Assembly: GCA_046757705.1 (NCBI GenBank)
Contig: JBHHYT010000002.1
Span: forward strand, 1 to 60,821
Reading direction: 5' to 3'
DNA: 60,821 nucleotides
From: Thermodesulfobacteriota bacterium
GTDB taxonomy: Bacteria; Desulfobacterota; GWC2-55-46
The first letter of the stretch is position 1; the number at the start of each line of letters is the position of its first letter. Below the pieces are notes generated by a model. That model was not told where the DNA came from and searched no databases. It saw only the letters and a list, made by a program, of their open reading frames with translations. This document shows positions 36,119 through 45,697 of this stretch, piece by piece. A program made the position numbers and the translations under genes.

Positions 36119-36832
36119 TCAGCCCACCAGCCTCTTCATCTCGCGCACCGCCTCGGCCACGCCCGTATGGATGCTCCGCGCGATGATGCTGAAGCCGATG
36201 GCGAACTCGTCTATCTCCTTGAGTGCGGCGAGCGGGCGGACGTTGCGGTAGTCGAGCCCGTGGCCCGCGTGCGTCCTCATGCCGAGCCTCCTGGCGAGCA
36301 GGACCGAATCGACGACCCTCTTCAGCTCCGCCTCCCTGTCCCTGGGCCCCTTCGCGTCGGCGTACCTGCCGGTGTGTATCTCCACGCCGTCGGAGCCTAT
36401 CCTGTGAGCGGACTTCACCGCCTCCGGGGAAGGGTCTATGAAGAGGTTGACCGGTATCTTCGCGTCCCGCAGCCCCCCGACGAACTTCTTCAGGTGCTCC
36501 ATCTGCGCTCTTACGTCGAGCCCGCCCTCGGTGGTAAGCTCCTGCCTCTTCTCCGGCACGAGCGTGACCATGTCGGGCTTCACCTCAAGGGCTATCTCGA
36601 ACATCTCCCGGATGGCCGCCATCTCCAGGTTCAGGCACGTCTTGACGGTCTGCCTCATTATGCGCAGGTCCCTGTCCTGAATGTGCCTGCGGTCTTCCCT
36701 GAGGTGTATGGTGATGCCGTCCGCGCCCGCAAGCTCCGCGTTCAAGGCCGCCGTAACCGGGTCGGGCTCGCTGGAGAGCCGCGCCTGCCTTACCGTGGCC
36801 ACGTGGTCAACGTTGACTGAAAGTCTCGCCAT
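36119..36832 (-). CDS. pdxJ: Pyridoxine 5'-phosphate synthase
   Basis: LSVNVDHVATVRQAR, GITIHLREDRRHI and IEFAIGFSIIAR-type motifs. Confidence 0.92.
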   Translation of the reverse strand: MARLSVNVDHVATVRQARLSSEPDPVTAALNAELAGADGITIHLREDRRHIQDRDLRIMRQTVKTCLNLEMAAIREMFEIALEVKPDMVTLVPEKRQELTTEGGLDVRAQMEHLKKFVGGLRDAKIPVNLFIDPSPEAVKSAHRIGSDGVEIHTGRYADAKGPRDREAELKRVVDSVLLARRLGMRTHAGHGLDYRNVRPLAALKEIDEFAIGFSIIARSIHTGVAEAVREMKRLVG

Positions 36833-37010
36833 CTCGAATTGCTCCTTCCGCGTAGGATGATTCCATGCAAACCGATACTAAAGGGTGTCCATAAAAATCA
36901 GATATTTTTTCTGAGGTCGAGGCAGGGTGAAAATAATAAGCGCAGCATATATGCCGATATGTGAGCATTCTTATTTTTACCCCAACAAAGAGATCAGGAA
37001 AAAGATTTTT

Positions 37011-38369
37011 TCAGCCGATCTCTTTTCCAAGCAGGTCCGCAAGCTTGTTGGCCATGACGGTTATCTCGTCCTTGCGCTCGCCCTCTATGGTGACGCGCGC
37101 AAGCGGCTCCGTGCCGGAGTACCTGATGAAGACTCTACCCTTTTTCCCGAGCTTCTCCTCTATACCCTTGAGCGCCTTTGCCACGGCGGGCAGCTTCGTA
37201 AGGTCCTTCTTCTCCCTTACCTTCACGTTGAGGAGTATCTGGGGGTAGGTCTTCATTATGCCCGAGTACTCGGAGAGCCTCTTGCCGTCCTGGACCATCC
37301 TCTTCAATACCTGAAGCGCCGTTATCACGCCGTCCCCGGTGGTGGTATGGTCGAAGAACACGACGTGGCCCGACTGCTCCCCGCCGAGGTTGTAACCCTC
37401 TCTGAGCATCTCCTCGACGACGTACCTGTCGCCTACCTGCGTCCTTACCACGCGCCCCCCGGCGGCCTCTATCGCCTCCTCGAGCCCGGAGTTGCTCATG
37501 ACAGTAGCTACGAGCGTCCTCTTCTTGAGCGCGCCTTCGCGGAGCATGGACACGGCGTTGAGAGCGAGTATGAAGTCCCCGTCAAGGACGTTGCCCTTGT
37601 CATCGACGACCACGCACCTGTCGCCGTCGCCGTCGAGGGCGAAGCCCACGTCCGCGCCCGTCTCCCTGACCAGCGCCGCCACCTTGTCCGGGTAGAGCGC
37701 CCCGCATTCGTGGTTAATGTTCTCGCCGTTGGGCTCGACCGCTATCGGTATCACCTCCGCCCCGAGCTCCGAGAAGACCACCGGGGCGACCTTGTAGGCC
37801 GCGCCGTTGGCGCAGTCGAGGGCTATCTTCATGCCTTCAAGGGAGAGCTCCTTCGGGAACGTGCTCTTGGCAAAGACCACGTACCTGCCGATCGCGTCGT
37901 CGACCCGGAACGCCTTGCCGACCTCCCTTGCCGTGGGCCGGTGGCTCGGGTCGTGGTTGTCGAGGATGAAACTCTCTATCCTGAGTTCCATCTCGTCGGG
38001 CAGCTTCAGCCCATCGCGCGAGAAGAACTTTATGCCGTTGTCCTGATACGGGTTGTGGGAGGCGGATATCACGACCCCGGCGTCCGCCCTCATGCTCTGG
38101 GTGACGAAGGCTATGCCGGGGGTGGGCAGCGGGCCGACGATGACGGCGTCCACCCCCATGGAGCATATGCCCGCCACCATGGCGCTCTCGATCATGTATC
38201 CGGACAGGCGCGTGTCCTTGCCGACCACTATCCTGTGGCGCCTCTCCTCTTTCTTGAATACGAACGCGATGGCCCTTCCGAGCTGGAGGGCCATCTCGGA
38301 GGTCATGGGGTCCATGTTCGCCACCCCCCTTACGCCGTCGGTGCCGAAAAGCCTCTTTTTGGTCTTCAT
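37011..38369 (-). CDS. glmM: Phosphoglucosamine mutase
   Basis: LFGTDGVRG, active-site Ser loop [15 protein letters not shown], and DGDGDR. Confidence 0.92.
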   Translation of the reverse strand: MKTKKRLFGTDGVRGVANMDPMTSEMALQLGRAIAFVFKKEERRHRIVVGKDTRLSGYMIESAMVAGICSMGVDAVIVGPLPTPGIAFVTQSMRADAGVVISASHNPYQDNGIKFFSRDGLKLPDEMELRIESFILDNHDPSHRPTAREVGKAFRVDDAIGRYVVFAKSTFPKELSLEGMKIALDCANGAAYKVAPVVFSELGAEVIPIAVEPNGENINHECGALYPDKVAALVRETGADVGFALDGDGDRCVVVDDKGNVLDGDFILALNAVSMLREGALKKRTLVATVMSNSGLEEAIEAAGGRVVRTQVGDRYVVEEMLREGYNLGGEQSGHVVFFDHTTTGDGVITALQVLKRMVQDGKRLSEYSGIMKTYPQILLNVKVREKKDLTKLPAVAKALKGIEEKLGKKGRVFIRYSGTEPLARVTIEGERKDEITVMANKLADLLGKEIG

Positions 38370-38376
38370 GGCGAAG

Positions 38377-39030
38377 TTACCTCTCTTTTTTCAAAATAAC
38401 CAGCTTGACGTCAACCTTCTCCGCGCTGACGGACCTGAACTCGTACTTCGAAGGTATCTCCAGCCCGACCATGGTGCTCACGGAGTGGTCGAGCCCGCTC
38501 GCGTCGACCGGCGCGGTGCGGATGGTCTTGAGCTTCAATATCCTTTTATTCAGGCTCGTGACGTCCACGGTGCGCGGCGATACTATTATATCGGCGATTT
38601 CGAAGCCGTCTTTCGGTTTTCCCGTTATCCGGGGCTTGACCTGCAGGGTCCTGGTCTCGATCCTGGCCATGCGGACGTCGATGGATTCCGGACGGAGCCT
38701 CAGCACCTCCACGCCCATGGGGGTGGTGACGTCGGAAGGCTTGAACCTGTATGTGTTCACCCCTTCGACCGCTCCGCTGAGGTCGAGCTCCGCTATTATC
38801 TGGGAGGACGAAAGATTGTTTATGAACAGCTTCGGGCCCACGACCCGCACCTCCACCTCGTCCGGCGGCGTGCTGCTTATGACGAGGTCCTTGGGCATGC
38901 CCTTGTAGCCGATGGGCACGAGGAAGCCGACCTCCGTCTTGCTCTGCCCGGCAACGAAGAACCACAACCCCGCGGCGAAGGCCACGGCAAGCAACTTGAG
39001 CCTCAGGTTTGTCGAGAAGAACTTCTTCAC
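38377..39030 (-). CDS. cdaR: YbbR-domain protein (CdaR-like regulator of diadenylate cyclase)
   Basis: An N-terminal TM helix is followed by beta-rich YbbR-type repeats. It overlaps the cdaA stop and sits between cdaA and glmM, as in the conserved cdaA-cdaR-glmM module. Confidence 0.7.
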   Translation of the reverse strand: MKKFFSTNLRLKLLAVAFAAGLWFFVAGQSKTEVGFLVPIGYKGMPKDLVISSTPPDEVEVRVVGPKLFINNLSSSQIIAELDLSGAVEGVNTYRFKPSDVTTPMGVEVLRLRPESIDVRMARIETRTLQVKPRITGKPKDGFEIADIIVSPRTVDVTSLNKRILKLKTIRTAPVDASGLDHSVSTMVGLEIPSKYEFRSVSAEKVDVKLVILKKER

Positions 39031-39818
39031 GCGCCCGCCTTCCTGGGGAATACCGCCTTGCGCGGGTACCCCTTGTACGCGAAGAGCTTCCTGAGGTCAT
39101 TGAGAAGCCTTTCCGTATCGAGCCCCACGTAAAGGCCGTCCTCCACCACCAGGGTTATCTCCCCGGTCTGTTCCGAGACCACTATGATGGCAGCGTCCGT
39201 CTCCTCCGCAAGGCCGATGGCCGCCCTGTGCCTCGTGCCCATCGACTTGGTAAGCTCCTTTTCCGTAAGCGGCAGAATGCAGCCCGCCTTTGCGACCTTC
39301 GAGCCGCTTACCAGAACGGCCCCGTCGTGCATGGGGGCGGCGGGGTTGAATATCGCGAGGAGCAGCTCTTTTGACAGGCGCGCGTCCAGCTCTATGCCGA
39401 CCTCCAGAAAGTCCGCGAGGTCTATGCCGCGCTCGATGACGATGATGCAACCGGTGTGCGTCTTCGCCATGGAGGCAACGGCACGGGTTATCTCCTCGAG
39501 CACGCTGCGCGAGCCCGCCATGTCCCTCGAGCTGAAGGGCTTGCCCATGTGCACGAGCGCCTTCCTTATGTCCTGCTGGAAGACGACGATGATGAATATG
39601 GCTATGGAGCCGAGGAAGTTGCTGAGTATCCAGTGGAGCGTCAGCAGCTCAACCCTCTGGGAGACGAAGTACATCACGATTATGATGGCGATGCCCCAGA
39701 TCATCCTCTCCGCGCGCGTGCCCTTGAACATGAGCATGAACCAGTAGAGGAGGGAAGCCACGAGGAGTATATCGAGCACCGTTACAAGGGTGCCTATGGA
39801 AAAAAGGTTCTCAAGCAT
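39027..39818 (-). CDS. cdaA: Membrane-anchored diadenylate cyclase (DisA_N/DAC domain)
   Basis: Three N-terminal TM helices are followed by a DAC domain with DGAVLV and GTRHRAAIG motifs. Confidence 0.88.
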   Translation of the reverse strand: MLENLFSIGTLVTVLDILLVASLLYWFMLMFKGTRAERMIWGIAIIIVMYFVSQRVELLTLHWILSNFLGSIAIFIIVVFQQDIRKALVHMGKPFSSRDMAGSRSVLEEITRAVASMAKTHTGCIIVIERGIDLADFLEVGIELDARLSKELLLAIFNPAAPMHDGAVLVSGSKVAKAGCILPLTEKELTKSMGTRHRAAIGLAEETDAAIIVVSEQTGEITLVVEDGLYVGLDTERLLNDLRKLFAYKGYPRKAVFPRKAGA

Positions 39819-39824
39819 CTGGGT

Positions 39825-41105
39825 CTACGCTCCGTTGTCCGCGCCGGCTGGCGCCTTGCGCCCGGAATCCCTTATCGCCTCGGCCATACCGGCGGCCGCG
39901 CGGGCCTCCCTGATGTCGTGCGCGCGCAGGACCGAGGCCCCGTTGAGCACGGCTATGGCCGAGACGGCGAGCGTGCCGGGCAGCCTGTGGCCGGGTACGT
40001 CCCCGCCGTGGCCGGTGAATGATTTGCGTGAAGCCCCTATGAGTATGGGAAGGCCGAGTGAGCGGAACTCGGTGAGCCTCCTTACGAGCTCCATGTTCCC
40101 TTCCCTCGACTTGCCGAAGCCGAGCCCCGGGTCGATGATGATCTTGTCCCTGCCTATCCCGGATGAGACCGCGTACTCCACCCTTTCGGCGAGGTAGCCG
40201 TAGACCTCGCTCAAGAGGTCGCCGTAGACCGTATCCTCCTGCATCTTGCCGGGCTCGCCCCTCTTGTGCATGAGCACCACGGGGGCCTTGAAGCCGGCGC
40301 AGACCCCGGCCATCTCCGGGTCGGCAAGCGCGGTCACGTCGTTTATTATCGCCGCCCCGGCCTTGAGCGCCGCCTCGGCCACGGCCGCCTTGCTCGTGTC
40401 CACGGATACGGCAAGGCCTTGTCCGGCGAGCGCCTCCACCACGGGCACAACCCTTTGAAGCTCCTCCTCCACGCCGACCGGCCCCGCGCCGGGGCGCGTC
40501 GATTCGCCGCCGACGTCTATCCAGTCCGCGCCCTCTTCGGCCATCTGGCGCGCCCTCGCCACCGCCGCGCCCGCATCGAGGAATCTGCCCCCGTCGGAGA
40601 ATGAATCCGGCGTGACGTTCAATATCCCCATTATGAGGGTGCGCCCCCCGAGGGACCACTCCCGGCCGCCGGGGGCGGCAATGGTGTGTCTTTCGCGGAG
40701 CGAATTTTCGATGGCCCGCTCCACGAGCGCGGATACCGCCGGCAGGCCGAAGGACTGGTACCTGAGCTTTCCGAAGAGGTCGGTGAACTGCCTGAGCGTG
40801 CCCGAGAGTATGGCGTCGCTCCTGTCCACGGAGCATGAGGCCGTCCCGCGCGCCACGGCCGCCTCGCCCCCGATGGAGAGCATGTCCTGCTTGATGACGT
40901 TCGCCTGGGCGGGTGTGAGGCCCTCGACCTTGATATTGAAGTGAAGGTGCTTGGGGGCCATGATGCGGATGCCGACAGGGTCCACCCCTATCCGCTCCAT
41001 CTCGGAATGTGAACAGTCTATCGAAGTTATCTCAAGACATCTGACGGGTAACCTCAAAAAAGTCTCCGCCCTATAAAGGGATAAGCCGGGCCCCGGAAGA
41101 GGCAC
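39825..41105 (-). CDS. folP: Dihydropteroate synthase with ~135-aa N-terminal extension (start uncertain; GTG 41105, alternative TTG ~41057)
   Basis: The pterin-binding domain includes IMGILNVTPDSFSDGG, DVGGESTRPG and GASRKSF. It is preceded by a conserved-looking domain (IGVDPVGIRIMAPKHLHFNIKVEGLTPAQANVIKQDMLSIGGEAAVARG). Confidence 0.85.
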   Translation of the reverse strand: MPLPGPGLSLYRAETFLRLPVRCLEITSIDCSHSEMERIGVDPVGIRIMAPKHLHFNIKVEGLTPAQANVIKQDMLSIGGEAAVARGTASCSVDRSDAILSGTLRQFTDLFGKLRYQSFGLPAVSALVERAIENSLRERHTIAAPGGREWSLGGRTLIMGILNVTPDSFSDGGRFLDAGAAVARARQMAEEGADWIDVGGESTRPGAGPVGVEEELQRVVPVVEALAGQGLAVSVDTSKAAVAEAALKAGAAIINDVTALADPEMAGVCAGFKAPVVLMHKRGEPGKMQEDTVYGDLLSEVYGYLAERVEYAVSSGIGRDKIIIDPGLGFGKSREGNMELVRRLTEFRSLGLPILIGASRKSFTGHGGDVPGHRLPGTLAVSAIAVLNGASVLRAHDIREARAAAGMAEAIRDSGRKAPAGADNGA

Positions 41106-41254
41106 GGCTCTCTTTGATAAACCCGGAAAGGGTTCAGGTTCAAATCATGAAACGGGCATAAAAAAAACCGGCATCCGGAGGATACAAGAAGACGCGACCG
41201 CCCATCAACCACGACCCCACGGAGCCAACACCCCTATGCCCCACCCGGCCCCGG

Positions 41255-41400
41255 CCCGCCCCAACTGCCCCAACTGTCCCAACTGCCCCGCCGCCTCAAC
41301 TTGCCCGGCCCGCCCCAACTGCCATGCCGCCACGCTGTCGCCCGCCCCCCCGGCAACTGCCACGCCCCCTCTACCTGCCCGGGTGCCCCCCAACCTGCCC
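41255..41400. repeat. Low-complexity C-rich (+) / G-rich (-) tract with tandem 9-mers CCCAACTG(C/T) x3 (41260-41286) and dispersed extra copies
   Basis: Read directly in the 314-bp ftsH-folP spacer. The transcribed (minus) strand carries many GGGG runs (GGGGCAGTTGGGACAGTTGGGGCAGTTGGGGCGGGCCGGGGCCGGGTGGGG). Confidence 0.7.
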
Positions 41401-41419
41401 CGGGGGCGGGTGGCCCGGC

Positions 41420-43366
41420 TCAGTCTGTGACCACCCCGAGGCGGCCCGTGTCCGGCTTGAAGGGTTTGTGCTTGTCGGCCTTCGAGGGTTTTTCGGCCTT
41501 TACGGCCTTCTCGGGCGCCGCGGGCTCCTCGGCCTTCACCTTTGCCGCGGGCGCCGACGGCGCGGCCCCGCCGGAGGAGCCGTCCGCGAAGATGAGGGCG
41601 TCTATCTCGGCGGCGTCGAGCACCTCTTTTTCAAGGAGGGCCTGCGCCACCCTGTGCAGGGCGTCCTTGCGCGACTCGAGGAGGCTTTTCGCCCTGTGAT
41701 AGTTCTCCATGACGATCCTCTTTATCTCGGAGTCTATCTCGAGGGCGGTCTCCTCGCTGAAGTCCCGCCTCTGCGCCATCTCCTTGCCGAGGAATATGTG
41801 CTCTTCCTTCTTGCCGAAGGTCAGCGGCCCGAGCTTCTCGCTCATGCCCCACTCGCAGACCATCTTGCGGGCTATCTCGGTGGCGCGCTCTATGTCGTTG
41901 CCAGCGCCGGTGGTCGTATGGTTGAGGATTATCTCCTCGGCGGCGCGCCCGCCCATGAGCACGGATATGTTGTTCAGGAGGTAATCCTTGTTGTACGTGT
42001 GCCTCTCGTCTATCGGAAGCTGCTGAGTGAGACCCAGCGCCATGCCCCTCGGTATGATGGAGACCTTGTGTATGGGGTCCGTGCCGGGTATAAGGCGCGC
42101 CACGAGCGTATGGCCCGCCTCGTGGTAGGCGGTGTTCTTCTTCTCCGCCTCGTTTATTATCATCGAGCGGCGCTCGCTGCCCATCAGGAGCTTGTCCTTG
42201 GCGTCGTCGAACTCTATCTTCTCTATCTTGTCCTTGCCCCTGCGTGCGGCCAGAAGGGCGGCCTCGTTGACGAGGTTGGAGAGGTCGGCGCCGGAGAAAC
42301 CGGGCGTGCCGCGCGCCACCACGTCGAGGTCGACGTCCGGCGACATCGGGGTCTTCGAGGTATGCACCTTGAGTATGGAGGCCCTGCCGTTCAGGTCGGG
42401 CTTGGGCACCACGACGTTGCGGTCGAACCTGCCGGGCCTCAAGAGGGCCGGGTCGAGCACGTCCGGACGGTTGGTGGCGGCGACGATGATGACGCCCTCG
42501 TTGCTCTCGAAGCCGTCCATCTCGACGAGGAGCTGGTTCAATGTCTGCTCCCTCTCGTCGTGGCCGCCGCCGAGGCCCGCGCCCCTGTGCCTTCCCACGG
42601 CGTCTATCTCGTCTATGAATATTATGCACGGGGCGTTCTTCTTGCCCTGCACGAAGAGGTCGCGCACGCGGGACGCGCCCACGCCCACGAACATCTCGAC
42701 GAAGTCGCTGCCGGATATCGAGAAGAACGGCACCCCGGCCTCGCCCGCTATGGCCTTGGCGAGCAGCGTCTTACCGGTGCCGGGAGCGCCCACGAGGAGC
42801 ACGCCCTTGGGGATGCGCCCCCCGAGGCGGGTGAACTTCTTGGGGTCCTTGAGGAAGTCGATTATCTCCTCGACCTCTTCCTTGGCCTCCTCGATGCCGG
42901 CCACGTCCTTGAAGGTGACCTTCTGCTGGTTCTCGGTAAGGAGCTTCGCGCGCGATTTGCCGAAGCTCATGGCCTTGCCCCCGCCGCCCTGCATCTGGCG
43001 CATGAAGAATATCCATACGCCTATGAGAAGTATCATGGGGAACCACGAGACGAATATGGTACCCCACGAGGGTGTCTCCACGACCGGCTCGGCGGTTATC
43101 CTGACGCCGCTGGAGCGGAGCTTGCCGATGAGGTCGGGGTACTGGGGAGAGAACGTGCTGAATGTCTTGCCGTCCTTGAACTTCCCGGAGATGTCGTTGC
43201 CCTGTACGGTGACCTCGGAGACCTCGCCCTGCTCGACCTTCTGGATGAAGTCGCTGAATATCACCTTGTCGTTGACGGGCTGCTTGTAGCTTATGAGATT
43301 GAACATGAGCACGACGGTGGCTATGATGATCAGCCACATGGCTATGTTCTTGTATAACTGGTTCAT
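41420..43366 (-). CDS. ftsH: ATP-dependent zinc metalloprotease FtsH
   Basis: Two TM helices, AAA+ Walker [14 protein letters not shown], the second region of homology, and the zinc motif HEAGHTL. Confidence 0.95.
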   Translation of the reverse strand: MNQLYKNIAMWLIIIATVVLMFNLISYKQPVNDKVIFSDFIQKVEQGEVSEVTVQGNDISGKFKDGKTFSTFSPQYPDLIGKLRSSGVRITAEPVVETPSWGTIFVSWFPMILLIGVWIFFMRQMQGGGGKAMSFGKSRAKLLTENQQKVTFKDVAGIEEAKEEVEEIIDFLKDPKKFTRLGGRIPKGVLLVGAPGTGKTLLAKAIAGEAGVPFFSISGSDFVEMFVGVGASRVRDLFVQGKKNAPCIIFIDEIDAVGRHRGAGLGGGHDEREQTLNQLLVEMDGFESNEGVIIVAATNRPDVLDPALLRPGRFDRNVVVPKPDLNGRASILKVHTSKTPMSPDVDLDVVARGTPGFSGADLSNLVNEAALLAARRGKDKIEKIEFDDAKDKLLMGSERRSMIINEAEKKNTAYHEAGHTLVARLIPGTDPIHKVSIIPRGMALGLTQQLPIDERHTYNKDYLLNNISVLMGGRAAEEIILNHTTTGAGNDIERATEIARKMVCEWGMSEKLGPLTFGKKEEHIFLGKEMAQRRDFSEETALEIDSEIKRIVMENYHRAKSLLESRKDALHRVAQALLEKEVLDAAEIDALIFADGSSGGAAPSAPAAKVKAEEPAAPEKAVKAEKPSKADKHKPFKPDTGRLGVVTD

Positions 43367-43460
43367 TTGGACCCCTTTGGAGGAATGGATGTGCCCCCTG
43401 GCAGGCGGACACGGAGTATTCTGTATTCTGTCATAGATTAAAGCGATTTACAATAAAAAT

Positions 43461-43469
43461 ATTATACCA
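43461..43469 (-). promoter_or_regulatory. Extended -10 promoter element (TGgTATAAT) upstream of ftsH
   Basis: Minus strand: aatcTGgTATAATatt, about 95 nt upstream of the ftsH ATG in an AT-rich spacer. No good -35 element is present. Confidence 0.35.
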
Positions 43470-43506
43470 GATTACAGCCTTAACCCGTGTTTTTAAATGA
43501 TTATTG

Positions 43507-44373
43507 TCAGCTCCGGGGACGCCCCCGGACGCAGGCCCCGGGGCTCCTGGTGCTGGCGGCGTACGCGGCCCTCGCCACCGAAGCGCTGAAAAGGAATATG
43601 TTGGCCGAGTAGAACATCCAGATGAGCAGTATCATGAGCGTGCCGAGCGAGGCGTAGAACCTGTTGTAGCTCTGGAAGTTCGAGACGTACCATGTGAAGA
43701 CCTGTTTGGCCACCTCCCACAGCACGGTGAAGATGACGGAGCCGAGAAAGGCGTACCTGAAGTTCAGGTTGGGCCCCGAGAATATCCTGAAGACCACGGC
43801 AACGACGACCGAGACCAGCAGGAACGGCAGTATGATCTTGAAGGCGAGGCTCTGGACGAGGTAGTAGACGAGGTCTATGCCGAATATCCGGAGCTGGAAC
43901 CTCCTGAAGACCACGGCAACGGCGGTCATGAAGATGGAGGTGAGCGCCGCGAATATGCCGATCAGGAGGACGCCGAGGTTTATTATCTTCCTCCTTATGA
44001 AGCTGAACCTGCGCTCGGAGTCGAAGACGGCCGAGAGGGCGGAGGCCGTGGCCTCGAGCACCAGCTCGGCGCTCGAGATGAGGACGACAACGCTTATCCA
44101 CCCGAACTTCATCCACTCGCTGGCAAGCCCCCGGAGGTCCCCCACTATCCTGTCGCTCAGGTAGGGAAGCGACTGCCTCACCATGTCGATGACCGTATCG
44201 AGCAGCCCCTCGTGGGTGCCGAGCACGAAACCGAGGGCGGCTGTTACGAGGAGCATGATGGGGATGAGGGAGAAAAAGGCGTAGAAGGAGATGGCGGCCG
44301 CGCTCGTAAAGCAGCCGTTCCCGTTGAATAGGCATATGGCGTCCCTTATGACGGAGTAAACCCTTTTCATCAA
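43507..44373 (-). CDS. yihY: YihY/BrkB-family integral membrane protein
   Basis: FTSAAAISFYAFFSLIPIMLL followed by about 6 TM helices, typical of the YihY (formerly ribonuclease BN-like) family. Confidence 0.75.
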   Translation of the reverse strand: MMKRVYSVIRDAICLFNGNGCFTSAAAISFYAFFSLIPIMLLVTAALGFVLGTHEGLLDTVIDMVRQSLPYLSDRIVGDLRGLASEWMKFGWISVVVLISSAELVLEATASALSAVFDSERRFSFIRRKIINLGVLLIGIFAALTSIFMTAVAVVFRRFQLRIFGIDLVYYLVQSLAFKIILPFLLVSVVVAVVFRIFSGPNLNFRYAFLGSVIFTVLWEVAKQVFTWYVSNFQSYNRFYASLGTLMILLIWMFYSANIFLFSASVARAAYAASTRSPGACVRGRPRS

Positions 44374-44376
44374 AGA

Positions 44377-45687
44377 CTATTGCCTTTTTCTGAAATAGAC
44401 CTTTATGGGCACCGTGTCCAGCCCGAGCGACTCCCTGAGCCCGCCTACCACGTATCTCCTGTAAGGGTCGGCTATCCCCTCCGGGAAGTTGGTGAATATG
44501 ACGAAGGCCGGGGGGCTTACCCCGGTCTGCGTGGCGTAGTAGAACTTTATCTCCCTGCCCCTGTATACCGGGGGCCTGTGCCTGTAGTATATGCCCTCGA
44601 CGACCCTGTTCAACACCGAGGTCTGCACCCTTTCACGGCTCTTCTCGAAGACCTCGGCTATGGTCTCGAGTATCCTGGGCACCCTCTGGCCCGTAAGCGC
44701 CGAGGTGAAGAGCACCGGGGCGTACGTGATGAACGGGAGCTTCTTCCTTATGGCCTCGGTGGCGTGCTTGGTCGTATGCGTGTCCTTCTCCACGAGGTCC
44801 CATTTGTTCACTATTATAACACAACATCTCTTGCGGTCCTCTATGAGCCCGGCTATCCTCTCGTCCTGGCCGTGCACCCCGTCCTCGCCGTCTATGACGA
44901 GGGCGGCCACATCGCACCTCTCTATGGACCTTATGGCCTCCATGACGCAGTAGGTCTCCACGCGAAGGCTCACCCTGTTCTTCTTCCTTATGCCAGCGGT
45001 ATCTATGAACAGGTACTTGCGGCCATCGGCCTCGTACAGCGAGTCCACGGAGTCGCGTGTGGTGCCCGCAACACCGCTTACGATCGACCTCTGCCTGCCT
45101 ATGAGCCTGTTCAGGAGAGACGATTTGCCCACGTTCGGCCTGCCGACGAGCGCTATCTTGACCCTGCCCTGCCCGGTCTCCTCCTCCACGGCGGGGGGCA
45201 GCCTGGCCACCACGGCGTCCAGAAGGTCGGCCAGCCCCTTTCCGTGCTCCGCCGAGACGGGGAAGACCCGCTCGACGCCGAGGGTGTAGAAGTCAAACGC
45301 CTGCGCCTCGAGGCCCGGGGCGTCGATCTTGTTCACGGCGTATAACACCGGCTTGTCCACCTTGCGGAGCATCCCGGCTATCTCGCTGTCCTGCGGCGTA
45401 AGGCCCGTCCTTCCGTCGAGGAGGAATACGATGACGTCGGCCTCCTCTATGGCAAGGCGCGCCTGCTCCCTGACCTGAACGAGTATCTCGTCCTCGGCGG
45501 CGGGCTCGAAGCCCCCGGTGTCCACGAGCGTGAAGACGCGCCCGAGGTCCTCCACGTCCCCGTAGTTGAGGTCCCTGGTCACCCCCGGCTCGTCCGCCAC
45601 GATGGCCCTGTGGCCGCCCGTGAGCCTGTTGAAGAGCGTGGATTTGCCTACGTTCGGCCGGCCTACTATCGCTACTATAGGTTTCAT
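44377..45687 (-). CDS. der: Ribosome-associated GTPase Der (EngA), two G domains + KH-like domain
   Basis: Two P-loops (GRPNVGKSTLFN and GRPNVGKSSLLN), with DTGG and DTAG motifs. Confidence 0.93.
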   Translation of the reverse strand: MKPIVAIVGRPNVGKSTLFNRLTGGHRAIVADEPGVTRDLNYGDVEDLGRVFTLVDTGGFEPAAEDEILVQVREQARLAIEEADVIVFLLDGRTGLTPQDSEIAGMLRKVDKPVLYAVNKIDAPGLEAQAFDFYTLGVERVFPVSAEHGKGLADLLDAVVARLPPAVEEETGQGRVKIALVGRPNVGKSSLLNRLIGRQRSIVSGVAGTTRDSVDSLYEADGRKYLFIDTAGIRKKNRVSLRVETYCVMEAIRSIERCDVAALVIDGEDGVHGQDERIAGLIEDRKRCCVIIVNKWDLVEKDTHTTKHATEAIRKKLPFITYAPVLFTSALTGQRVPRILETIAEVFEKSRERVQTSVLNRVVEGIYYRHRPPVYRGREIKFYYATQTGVSPPAFVIFTNFPEGIADPYRRYVVGGLRESLGLDTVPIKVYFRKRQ

Positions 45688-45697
45688 CTTTATGCGC

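Noticed and set aside
41205-41430. Two mutually antisense ORFs (62 and 64 aa) in the ftsH-folP spacer.
   Set aside because: Both translate the CCCAACTGC-type repeats into low-complexity PNCPNCPNC / GQLGQLGQL strings. There is no RBS, and both are explained by the repeat tract.
41324-43357. Other long antisense ORFs: 41324-43357 (677 aa), 26396-28600 (734 aa), 28593-30764 (723 aa), 49190-51175 (661 aa), 34925-36820 (631 aa), 54549-56309 (586 aa), 8707-10305 (532 aa), 5910-7457 (515 aa), 36927-38399 (490 aa), 55606-57051 (481 aa), and many shorter ones.
   Set aside because: Each lies opposite a gene with strong family signatures (ftsH, atpI, cimA, GT-C-like, nnr, holB, aconitase, bioA, glmM and others). 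They have the same biased R/G/E/H/P/L composition, lack RBSs and lack any domain motif. They are GC-bias shadows.
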